The notes beneath the pieces are model-generated. The model saw only the letters and a list, made by a program, of their open reading frames with translations. It was not told the DNA's origin and did no database searches. A DNA stretch of 64,000 nucleotides from Takakia lepidozioides (taxonomy: Eukaryota > Plantae > Bryophyta): positions 2,790,001 through 2,854,000 of the forward strand of contig CM060734.1 in the NCBI GenBank assembly GCA_030704615.1, read 5' to 3'. Below, piece by piece: positions 1 through 11,038 of this stretch (position 1 is its first letter; each line of letters begins with the position of its first letter). Position numbers and translations under genes: made by a program.

Positions 1-1344
1 GGTGACAGTGGATGGAATCAGAGTGCTGTCCTAATTCTGGGTTTGGGTGGTATGGCTGAACGAGATGTGGTGTCATGTTTGCTGCATTGAATTCTAGGTT
101 GTCATTATGAGTTGCTAGCAACAAGGCAAGGATGTATGCATGATTTGTGCAGAGGCATGGATAGCTGAAGGAGCAGGGATGGAGTGTGGGTTTTGATTCA
201 TCCAAGAGGGCCGGATTTCAAGCTTCAGATCACCTATGACTCCCTGTGGATAGCTACAAAAAACCTGCATGGGTAGATGGTCAACTGGAAGCCGCAGCAG
301 CATTGGCACGATTGATAAAATCAGGCACTGCTCATGAAGGCACCTTCTTCAACACGTTTCACCATGTTTTTCCCTATGATGAGAATCGGCCCTAAATGTT
401 GAATTTTGCAAATTAGCTGGTTGAGTGAACCTTAAATAGTTTGGAGTGACTTTGACATGATACTGCCAATGTGACAACAAGATTAATATCCAGAAACAGG
501 TAACAGAGACGAGGAGAAGCTGTGACACAATAGAAACAATATTGCACATGTATGAACTACAAGTCGCAGCCCCCAAGTCAGTGCAACCAGCAGGAGTGCC
601 TGGTTCCCAACCCACAGTCGCTGTAGTCACTAGTGAGGTAGTGCATTTCAAACCTCCAGTTGTATCTGCCACTTCAACACTCCAGTTGTTGACTCCACTT
701 GCAAGTCATGAAGGCAACCAGCAGACAACTCATTGCACCACGTGCTGTGACCTCAAGCCTGCACGTCGCGAGACCCGGGAAGCCACGTGTGTCCTTGAAG
801 GTAACCACGACATACGGTCGCTACTACGAGCCCAGCACTCCGAGACCAGCACTCCGAGACGTAGTTCACAACTTCGCAGTCTGACCATGCAATCGTTGAA
901 ACGACTTGCTAGTTATTTTTGAACTATTGGTTAGTGCTCGTGTAGTATGAGATCGTAACTATTCAGCAGCGTGAAGCAACGCGGCTACGGCACGTGTCCT
1001 GCCTCCAAGAGAACACGTGGAGTTTTCACACCGAGCCACGCGGCTGTATTCCCGGCGTGCACACAGTGGGGAAGTCGGAACCTCCGGTCAAAAGTCCACC
1101 GTGGTCAAGGTCCAAAATTCAGTCAACGCCGCGCGTGGTGACGCCACATGGCCACACCTTAAGAATTACCCTGCAGTCGGCGTCACGACTGACTGGAACG
1201 ACTCCGACCAGGTAATGACTGGAACGACTGGCTGTTCGATAGGTCTTGTCATTTCGGACTTGTAGTCGCCCAGTCATTTTTTGACTGAAACGACTGGGTT
1301 TCCAGTCGTTCTTTGAGTCGTTATTTCAGCGATTCCTTGTAGTG
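1..1344. mobile_element. Right-hand end of a CACTA (En/Spm)-like DNA transposon; left end not identified
   Basis: Terminus TGTAGTG at 1338-1344 (revcomp CACTACA), preceded by subterminal ACGACTG/CAGTCGT repeats (~1175-1320). Blocks ~114-300 and ~345-523 are homologous to ~6620-6800 and ~6290-6465, inside the second CACTA-ended segment. Confidence 0.6.
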
Positions 1345-2890
1345 TGTTTTGGAGGGCGGAGATGCTGGCATTATGAATACCTCCTCTCGTGCCAGCAGTG
1401 ATGACAGTGAGTGGGCCAGTGCCCCATCCTTGTCTACGAATGGCAAGTATTAATGGTGCGTATTTTTGACGTTTTTCTAGAATAGCGGCACCAGAGAAGC
1501 AGTCATGACAGTAATTCTATAAAATGTATTGTGATATCTGATGATGGGATAGAGGGGGGGGGGGGGGGGGGGGAGTCAGCGGGTAGGCCATGGACTAGGA
1601 GAATGTCCGGGCATAGTCTAGCGGGGCATGTGCAAGATTTGTGAGGTTGACAGATACATGGAAGGAGCCAAGTCTCGGCCAAGTAAGTACAGTGTGGTCG
1701 GGGGGCTGGCCCTGGTATGTGCCAATGTTGATGAGTGTAAACCATCTGGTTGTACGACGTTGTAAGAGGAGCTTGTGGATGTGCTATACGGTGGTTATGA
1801 CGAGCGATTTACAACCCGTGGATGATAGGGTGCGGACATTCGCTAAGAATATGGGGCTGGCCAGGTGTCACGTTTAGCATGGAGGTGGGAGCAGAGTAGG
1901 CAATGCAGGGATGGATTAGGGTTGGCCAGAAGGTGTGTTTGCGTTGGTGGCCCATGTATTGAGCATATCTAAATTTGAGTGTTTGCAGTATTTGAGCATC
2001 TGAGGCGGCTTTAGAGTTCCAGAAGTGGTTTGATAATTTGCAAGACATTGGAGAGGGTCCATTTTTGGATATGAAGTTTGGTGTGGCTGAGAGAGGCTGA
2101 AGCTTGTTTGTTGGCTTCTTTAGTGAGGGTTTTAAGGAGGTTTCGGATTGGGCGGGTTGTTGGAGGGTCAAGTACCGGGTAGATCATCCAGAAGGGATGT
2201 GCATGAGCGACGTGAATGGGGTCGGCTGGTGGTTCAACTGAGGGTTTAGAGGCTCTGTGCTAGGAGGTCTGCCTCTTCGTTGCCAGTAATACCAGTGTGC
2301 GAACAAACTTTGAGAAAGTGGATGGGTTTATCGATGGTAATTGCTAAGTTGGCAATAGCAAAGATAAGGTTGCGGTCGGGGTGGTGGAGGTGGGAGGAGG
2401 GGCAGGCCAGGTGGTTTCTAAGTAAAAAGAGTGAGTTGAGGCTGTCAGTAAAAATGTAGTATGGTGGGGGAATAGGGTGAGTTGTGATAGGGCTTCAAAG
2501 ATGGCCATTAGCTCGGCCCGGAGAATGGTGGCGGGTCCAGGGAGCCTATGGGCCGTCCCTTTGTTGGTGGCGGCATGAAAGACGCCATATCCAGGGAGCC
2601 AGACTGGGAGCCATCCGTGTAGTGTGAGTGGAGTGGGGGGTATTTGGGGGAGGTGGGCCCAAGGTAGACCGGCGGGGGGTCCTGAGGGGTTACATGAGGG
2701 GGGTTGTGGGGACGGGGTGGGATTTTGTCCAGATTGTGTGAGTTTTTTGTTTAGACGGTGGTCGGGTGGGAGGACAATGGCTTGCTTGGGGTGTGTAAGT
2801 GGTGAGTAGCATGTCATGGGTATCAGATAGAAGATATTTAAGGTGTGTAGGGAAGTCGGGGGGTATAAGGGTGTGGGGGTTATTATGGAC
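1345..2890 (-). mobile_element. Degenerate 3' part of a non-LTR retrotransposon with RNase H, Zn knuckle and restriction-like endonuclease (Dualen/RandI-like), copy A
   Basis: Frameshifted peptides ATILRAELMAIFEAL (RNase H), QILQTLKFRYAQYMG, and CPARLCPDILLV...IHFIE (PD-(D/E)xK). Homologous to copy B. Boundaries approximate. Confidence 0.7.
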
Positions 2891-4443
2891 AAGCAGAATT
2901 AATGTTAGAGTAGGCTCTTTGTGTCGCAAGTATTTAGGGAAGGGTAGGTTTCGCATGTAGCGAAGTTGGTTTGGTTCGATGGCGCTAATGTTGTTACACC
3001 ATGGGGGAGTTGGAGTAAGGGGTGTTGTTGAGCATGTGACTTTTGTTCCGTGAGAATTAGGATAGTGGCAGAGGAGGGGGAGGAACAGGCAGCAAGGCGA
3101 GCCCATTAGAGACTGTGAGTGGGCCAGTCTTCCATCCCTGCCGACGAATTGCAAGAATGAGTGGGGCGTATTTTTGTCGCTTTTCCAGGATTGAATCGTG
3201 GGGGTATCGATCATGGCAGAATATAAACTCAATAAAGTGGATGATGAGTTGTGGGGATGGTGAGGTAGGTGGCGAGGCTGTAACGGGTATAATGAGTATG
3301 TCCGGGCAGAGCCGGGCGGGGCATGAGCAAGGTAGTCGGGTACAGGTACATGGTAAAAGCCATGAAGGCACAGTGTGATCTGGTGGTCTCCCTTGGAAGG
3401 TACCGACGTTAATGAGTGTGAACCATCGGGTTTCGGCGCGTTTTGTGAATAGTTTGTGGAGATGCCAGATTGCTTGGTTGTGGCGGGTGATATGAAGACC
3501 ATGGATGACCGGATTCGTGCATTGGCTCAGGAGGTGTGGCCAAGTATCACGTGCATTGTGGGTTGTGGAGCACAATGGGCAGTAAGGTGATGGAAAGAGA
3601 TGTGGCCAGAAAATGTGTTTGCGTGGTGACCCATGTATTGGGCGTATCTGAATTTAAGTGTCTGGCGTATTTGTGCATCAGTGGTTCGAGAGTTTGTGGT
3701 GTAATACCTCGGATTGGGTCCATTTTTGAATATGCACTTTGGTATGACTGATAGAGGCTGCGGCATGTTTGTTTGCTTCACGGGTGAGGGTGGCCAAGAG
3801 ATTGCGTGTGGGTCGTGGTGCGGTAGGGTTCAGAACTAGGTGTATAAACCAAAAGGGGTAGGAGTGGGCGATGTGGATAGGGTCATTTGTGGGGTTGACT
3901 TTGAGTTTGGTGGCACCGAGCTGAGCGAGGAGGTCGGCCTCCTCATTCCCTTGAATGCCAGTGTGCGAGCGTACTTTGAGTAGGTGTACTGGATGCTTTA
4001 TAGAAACGGCAGCGTTGACAATGGCTGAGATGAGGTTGCGGTCCGAATGATGGTGGTGGGAGGAGGGGGCGGGCAATGTGGTTGCGGATGAGAAATAAGG
4101 AGGTAAGGCTGTCAGTGAAGATGAAGTATGGTGGGGAGAAGGTATCGAGTAGGAGGAGAGCGTCACATATGGCCATAAGCTCGGCCCTGAGAATAGTTGC
4201 AGGGCTAGGGAGCCTGAGGGCCACCCCTCCCCCCGTACCTGCGTGATAGATACCGTATCCTGCATTAGTTTGAGTAAGGGATCCATCAGTGTAATGAGAG
4301 TTTGCGGGGGGGTATTTGAGGGGGTAGGATTGCTGATATAACGAAGGGATGGGGGGGAAGGGGTTTGTTGGTGTGGCCTGTGGGGGGCGCTACAGTGCCT
4401 CGATCCAGGCTTTATTTGTTTTAATTCGGGGGACGGGGATAGG
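2891..4443 (-). mobile_element. Degenerate RNase H plus RLE non-LTR retrotransposon 3' part, copy B
   Basis: LRAELMAI..FTDSL..KVRSHTGIQGNEEADLLA (RNase H); DTWPHLLSQC..RHNQAI..PDILII..IEFIFC..EKRQKY (CCHC plus RLE motifs). Confidence 0.75.
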
Positions 4444-5167
4444 TGTCGCGGCCCTTTGCCTTGAGGGCAGGGGGTCGGGACACATAAGGGGCTGCCCCTG
4501 TGGTGGGGGCAGCGGCAGCGATAGGTATGGGGGCTGAAGCACCCTTGAGTGCCCAAGGCACTCAAGGAAGCGGAGGCGCTCACTAGGTGGAGCCCCGCAC
4601 ACCGGGTTGCGGTGGGGGTGGCTCCACAAGGGGTGGTGGTAGCTTAGCGGGACTTAGTGGGGGTGGCATAGGACTCACCATGGGGTGGAGACCTTGAGGT
4701 GGGAGTCGTGGGGAGTCTTGGGACTCATCACGGTCCATTGGGGCCGCGGTGAGTGGGCCAAGACTCACCGCGACTCACCACCGGGAATCGAGGGTCTTCG
4801 TGGTGGTTCACCATAAAATGGCATGGCTGTTTGTGGAACCCCCGCGGACAGCTACAGTAGTATATATAGGGAGTAGTAACCCCGAGAACGGTGCAAGCCC
4901 GTTGGTGACCAAAAACTAGTGAGTAAGCGAGCGAGCCGGAAAGCGACCAAAGAGTGGGGAGCTGTTCCGGACTGCCATCTACCAAAGGGAATTCCGCTGG
5001 TCCCAAATAGGTGGAGGGTCTTTCGGGGGAGCGAAGGGGGACCGTTATGTCCCGGTGAGCAGCCGAAGCTCCAAGTTGGCCTGGCGGCCAGGTTGGGAGT
5101 CAAGCGCGCGCATCAAAGCGAGTAACTATGACTTGAAGGGGAGTTTACCGAAGTGAGGTGCGCGACA
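4444..5167 (+). mobile_element. Solo LTR of the Ty3/Gypsy family at 31037-38036
   Basis: TG...CA ends, 5-bp TSD ATAGG (4439-4443 and 5168-5172); revcomp matches the LTRs at 31037 and 37309. Confidence 0.93.
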
Positions 5168-5368
5168 ATAGGTATATCATAACGCCGAATGTGTATGGCC
5201 ATGAACAAGAATACAGGTGTTCTCACAGTCAACACAGGCCAACACAGGCCTGCACAGGGATACACAATCATCTCAGGTTAGCACAGCCCGGGACAGAGTC
5301 ACACAGCCCAACACAGGACACATAGCCGGGATTGAGATCACACAAGTCCACATAGGGCTGATGGGACG

Positions 5369-5720
5369 GTGACTACGCAAACAGTTAAGGATGTACTGAA
5401 GGGTATTCCAACACGGGGCCAGGAAATGACGGAGAAGTGTTTGAAAGCAAACACGTGGCCTAAGGAGCAAGGCTCTCTGCATTGCATGTACTGCAAAAGC
5501 AGGCGCCATCACATAAAACGACAAAGTGGGCCGCCGAGGTACCCGTCTGGTACTTCCGCCGTTTATGCTTTGGAGCCCATTAATGCACTGAAAAGACGGG
5601 TTAATAACGGCCTTACTCGAATACCTAGACTAAAGAAATGCACACACTGTGTATATCATGGGCATCTAAAATCGGAATGTCCGCTCAGCAAGCGAGTTAA
5701 TTTGGAGAGTTACTTGACTA
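5369..5720 (+). pseudogene. Gag-like fragment with two CCHC-type zinc knuckles
   Basis: CMYCKSRRHHIKR and CTHCVYHGHLKSEC in ORF 5369-6094; no pol domains follow. Confidence 0.4.
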
Positions 5721-5899
5721 CCGTTCACCCAATCAGACGGAGTTTTACAACGAATGGGGAATTTTTGAGGAATCAAGAACAAGAACTCAAACACGTTATG
5801 AGCGGCAGGGTAGGAATTATTCCGGATAACCGCAGCACAAGTAGTATGAGCAATAAAGGCTATAGCTTAGCAGCTATGGCAGGCGTTACGGACTACACA

Positions 5900-8775
5900 G
5901 TCACTTTGGTGCTTACACAGTGGCACCAGGATGAACGGGGAAGACGGGGTTTTTCACTTACGCATTGTTTGCAAGCACCGGGAGCTTACAAGGCATTGCC
6001 TTTGTCTTTGTGTGCTAGTCACACTTTCATGCTTTGTGCGCTGCAGAGTTTCTTGCAATTCTCCAATCAAGCCCACCCTGTTTACTCGAAATGAAGCAAG
6101 TGATGGAGGACATGAAGGTGAAGAGCGGTGTAGTGCTACACAAGAAGAGTATGGCCACCACGGAAGCAATTTCTTTGTTGAAGAAATTGGGTTTGAAAAA
6201 AATCTTATGCGCAAAGACTGGACTTTGCATCACCGGGAATTAATGATTGAGTTTGTTAGCAATTTCGATTCCATGACCAATGAAGGCAGCTTCTTCAACA
6301 AATTTCACCCTATTTTCCCCTCTCATCAGAATCGGCCCTAAAATATTTTCATGTTACCTGGTTGAGTGAACTTTGATAGTTTGGAGTGACTTTGACATGA
6401 TACTGCCAAAGTGACAACAGGAAAGTATCCAAAACCATGTAACAGAGATGAGGAGAAGCTGTGGAATGAATACTTTTCTAACCCCGGCCAATGGTGGGAC
6501 AAACGAGGCGAAAAGGTGAATGCCTAGTAGATTACAGAGAGTAGCAGACGCAATTCAACATAGGAACTAGTGTGATAAGCTGAGTTTGGTGTTTCCTAGA
6601 AAGGCTGTCATTGTCAGCTGCTAGCAGCAAGACAAGGATGAATGCATGATATGTGCAAAGGCGTGGATAGCTGAAGGAGCAGGGATAAAGCGTGGGTGCA
6701 GATTCATCAAAGAGGGCCAGATTTCAAGCACAAGACTACCTATGATTCCTTACAAGAAACCTGCATGGGTAGATGGTCAACTAAAGGCAGCTGTTGCAGC
6801 ACTAAGGGTCCCCTCTGTGGGCATGTAAACACAGCCCACAAAGAGGTTCTTCCTACTCATGCCGCAAGCAGGCCGCCGCTGCACCAGCAGCCGCCACTAG
6901 CAGCAAGCCGCTGCACTTGGTGAGTATTCACATTGCTCCTTCACTTAATATACATGTTAACAAGGCGTTATATAGGCAAAATGTCAGGCTTAGATGCAGT
7001 TTGGATAATGTGAACATGAACTTGCCCACCAGCTTCCAAGCTTTCTTCCTTATGCACTCATGCAAGAGACAGAGCTAAGTATCCAAATCTGCTGAATTGT
7101 TTTCTTGGTTTATAGGGGGCAGGGTAAAGAATCATAGGTAGTTTTGTGCTTGAAATGCAGCCCTCTTGCATGAATTTGAACCCACATTCCATCCCTGCTC
7201 CTTCAGCTATTCCTGCCAAGAGAAAGAGAGAGGGAGGGCACGGCAGGGAGAGAGAGAGAGGGTAGCCAGTGGTGTGCTCACTGTTTGGGGGGGTGGCTGG
7301 CAAGTCGTTCAGGAGCCTGGAGCAAGTAGGCTGCTGCCGCCACAACAGCCAGCCAGCCACCAGCAGAAAGCTCCCGCATTTGGTGAGTATTCAGCGATGC
7401 TCCTGCACGTAACATACATGTTGACGAGGCCGGCGTTGCATAAAAAAATGTCTGGCTTAAATCCAGTTTCATCTTTATGCTAAAATGTCTCATCGGTTTA
7501 ATTAAAGGGGGCAGGGCAACGAATCAACATATTACGTAGCTTTGTGCTTCAAATCCAACTCTGTTGGACAAATCTGAACCCGCACTCCACCCCTGCTCCT
7601 TCAGTTATCCATGCCAAAAGAGAGAAGGAGAGGGGGTGCAGGGCAGGGCAGGGCATGGAGAGGGAAATCCATAGGTTCATATGTCGTTCAGAGAAGGAAT
7701 GAATTTTAAAATAAAGCCACTGTGAGGGCAACATGAGGGCAACATGTGAGGGCAACATGTATGTTATGCTGCCCCCTTTAGATTGTGTTTTGAGAGCCTG
7801 ATTTTGGGATAGCAGTGCAATTTTGTAAATCTGACTGGCAGTTGTTTAAGACAATCGCTTTTTACATCTGCTATCTTCAGTGCCTACATACTGTCCTTTG
7901 CACTTTGTTAGACTGTTGTTTGAGGAGCCAGATTTTGGGACTCCTGTGCTATTTTGTAAATTTGACTGGCAGTTGTTTAAGACAAACTCTTTTTACATCT
8001 TAAGTGCCTTTTTACATCTATGTCATGTCCTTCGCACTTTCTCACTTTGTTCTTTCTTGTGAATGAAACATTGATTTGTTCTAGTATAGGTAATAAGCTG
8101 CAGTAGGTAGAATCACTATAGCAGTAGAAGTACAGATTTCAGAAAGACGTGTGCACGACTACGGTTCTACTATAGGTAGTAAACAATATCACTTTAACAT
8201 TACTAAACAACCTTCAATCATACATTGATATGTGTCATATCCAATAGAAAACACCTGGCAACGAGCTCCTATAAGCATAGTCGTGGTTCTGACTGTTAAA
8301 TACATTTAAAAGTTCAAAACAAACCCCTCATATGATCCACGTGTCCACATATCAGGATGTTTGTAGTCAGGACAATGACTGCAAGACCTCCTCATTATAT
8401 GCCACGTGTCCAGATATTAGCATGTTTGTAATCAGGATAATGACTTGAGGACCTCTTCATGGATATACCACTGCAATTTCTGAAGACGCCATATGGCGCA
8501 CAACCACAAAACCTCCTGGACTTATTGAAAAGAGACACGTGTACAGTTTGCAGCAACACACTAAGTCATAGATGATAGAAGTACATACGACTACCAAATG
8601 ACAGTGAGATGTATCACTTGGTTCATTTGACTGCAGTCATCCATGACCGACCATCCTGTACTCATTGTATTCACTTGGTTTGCACGACTTGCAGTCATGT
8701 AAGCAGTCATATGTACTGTTTATGACTACGGGATAGTAATATATACAATGATAAATACCACGATCTGTTGTAGTG
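5900..8775. mobile_element. Internal and right-end segment of a second CACTA-like element (non-autonomous, modular repeats); left boundary uncertain
   Basis: Terminus TGTAGTG at 8769-8775 abuts truncated Gypsy gag; subterminal GACT/AGTC repeats ~8580-8730; modules shared with 114-523; inverted copies at ~7130-7230 and ~7540-7620; tandem ~117-bp duplication ~7780-8010. Confidence 0.55.
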
Positions 8776-10554
8776 TAATTGGCAGCCTTCATCACATCCT
8801 TGAGGGTCCCGCCAAACTGCGCCAAAAGCCCTTCCCAAAAAGCTGGTGGCATTGGAGGCACCTTATGGTCCAATGGAGCCTTCGGAAGGTCATCGGGCTC
8901 CGCCTCCTCAAACGCCTCTCGCTCTTGAGCGTCATCACCTACTTGCCTCTTCCAATTGTCGCTCCGGTGACGCGCCGCCCCCGTCAGGCTCATTAGGCTC
9001 ATCGGCTTTCGGGCCGTTCCGCTTTCGCTAGGCCTTGCCTGACCCCATGGTGAAGCCAATCTTGACAAGGACAATCACATACTAAACTCTAGGCTCTGAT
9101 ACCATTAAGTATCACACACCTGACTTCGGTAAAACTCCCCTTCAAGTCATAGTTACTGGCTTTGATGCGCGCGCCTAACTCCCAAACTGGCCGCCGGGCC
9201 GACTCGGGGCTTCGGCTGCTCACCGGGGCATAACGGTCCCCCTTGATCCCCCACGGAACCCTTGAACAATCGGGCCCAGTGGAAATTCCCTTTGATTGTT
9301 GGCAGTCTGGAATAGCTCCCTACACTTTGGTCGCTTTCCGTGTCGCGCACCTCACTTCGGTAAGCTCCCTTTCACGTCATAGTTACTCGCTTTGATGCGC
9401 GCGCCTAACTCCCAAACTGGCCGCCGGGCCAACTCGGAGCTTTGACTGCTCACCAGGACATAACGGTCCCCCTTTGCTCCCCCACAAAACCCTCGTTCAC
9501 TTTGGGCCTAGTGGAAATTCCTTTTGGTTGTTGGCAGTCCAGAACAGCTCCCCACACCTTGGTCGCTTTTCGGCTCGCATGCTTACTCACTAGTTTTTGG
9601 TCGCCAACGGGCTTGCAGCGTTCTCGGGGTTACTACTCCCTATATATACTTCTGTGACTGTCCGCGGGGGTTTCACAAACAACACCGTCCTTTTATGGCG
9701 AACTACCACGAAGACCCTTGACTCCCGGTGATGAGTCGCGGTGAGTCTTGGCCCACCCACCACGGCCCCAATGGACCATAATGAGTACCAAGACTCCCCA
9801 CAACTCCCACCACAAAGTCTCCACCCCATGGTGAGTCCTATGCCACCCCCACTAAGACCCACTAAGCTACCACCACCCCTCGTGGAACCCCCCCCACCGC
9901 AACCCGGGGTGTGGGGCTCCACCTAGTGAGCGCCTCCGCCTCCTTGGGTGCCTTGGGCACTCAAGGGTGTTTCAGCCCCCGTACTTATTGTTGCCACTGC
10001 CCCCACCACAAGGGCAGCCCCTCTTGTGTCCCGACCCCTCTGCCCTCAAGGCAAAAGGCCGCGACATTCCGGCTCGCTCGCTTGCTCACTAGCTTTTGGT
10101 CGCTCAACGAACTTGCACCGTTCTTGGGGTTACTACTCCCTTTGTATAGTCTTGTGTCGGCAGGGGTCTAAAAAACAGCCAAGTTCTTTTTTGGTGAACC
10201 ACCACCAAGACCCTCGACTTCCTGTGATGAGTCGCGGTGAGTCTTGGCCAACCCACCACAGCCCCAATAGACCGTGGTGAGCCCCAATACTCCCCACGAC
10301 TCCCGCCACAGCCCCGTGGTGAGTCCTATGCCACCCCCACTACGACTCCCTAAGCTACCACCACCCCATGTGGAGCCCCCCCACGTCCGCAACCCGTTTG
10401 CGGGGCTCCACCTAGTGAGCGCCGACGCCTCCTTGAGTGCTTTCGACACTCAAGGGTGCTTCAGCCCCCTTTCCTACTTGCTGCCGCTGCCCCCACCACG
10501 GGGCAGCCCCTCTTGTGTCCCGACCCCCTGCCCTCAAGGCAAAGGGCCGTGACG
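8776..10554 (-). mobile_element. Truncated Ty3/Gypsy copy: 5' LTR (9110-10554, interrupted), tRNA-iMet PBS and start of gag
   Basis: PBS GCTCTGATACCA at 9093-9104; gag peptide FWEGLLAQFGGTLKDVMKAAN is homologous to LWEGLLAQFGRTLKDVLKAAN near 36970-37040. Confidence 0.85.
9341..10066 (-). mobile_element. Solo LTR nested in an LTR of the same family
   Basis: TG...CA ends; TSD TTCCG at 9336-9340 and 10067-10071; host LTR resumes at 10072. Confidence 0.92.
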
Positions 10555-11038
10555 AACGACACCTGTCGACGTGCAACAGGGAGGTTCCACGCTGTTTTGG
10601 CGCATCTTGGCAGGAGCACCAGCGTAGCTACGGCGTGAGCCCAGCCCCGTGAGCCTGGGAGCTGAGCTCACGTTGTAGCTGCAAAGCGTGAGCTGAGCTC
10701 ACGCTTCAAGGAAGCGTGAGCGGCACAAATCTGCTGGAGAAGCAGGTCCTATAGGCGAGGATTGCAAGAAGAGGGCCTATTACCGTGGACAAAACAAAGG
10801 GGGCCACCGTGCACCATGTCTGCAATGCCTGCACAAAAAGAGGAATATGAAAATATGGCAGAATTGAGCTTAGAATGATTGACACACTTTATTTCAATTC
10901 ACAGATAGACACTTACAATGAATGGCATGTGCATTTGCCCTGGTTCCGTGAACGAAATGTATGTGTTTGTCCTAAATGCAAAGTTTTCACACGGTAACCT
11001 GGAAACCAGCGTGGGAAGCGGGCATGGCTCGTATGTGT

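Noticed and set aside
1-8775. A single intact CACTA element
   Set aside because: Both CACTA termini (1344 and 8775) face the same way; no left TIR, TSD pair or TnpD motif was found.
9093-9104. tRNA gene (also 37295 and 62712)
   Set aside because: Only 12-nt primer-binding sites complementary to tRNA-iMet; no cloverleaf.
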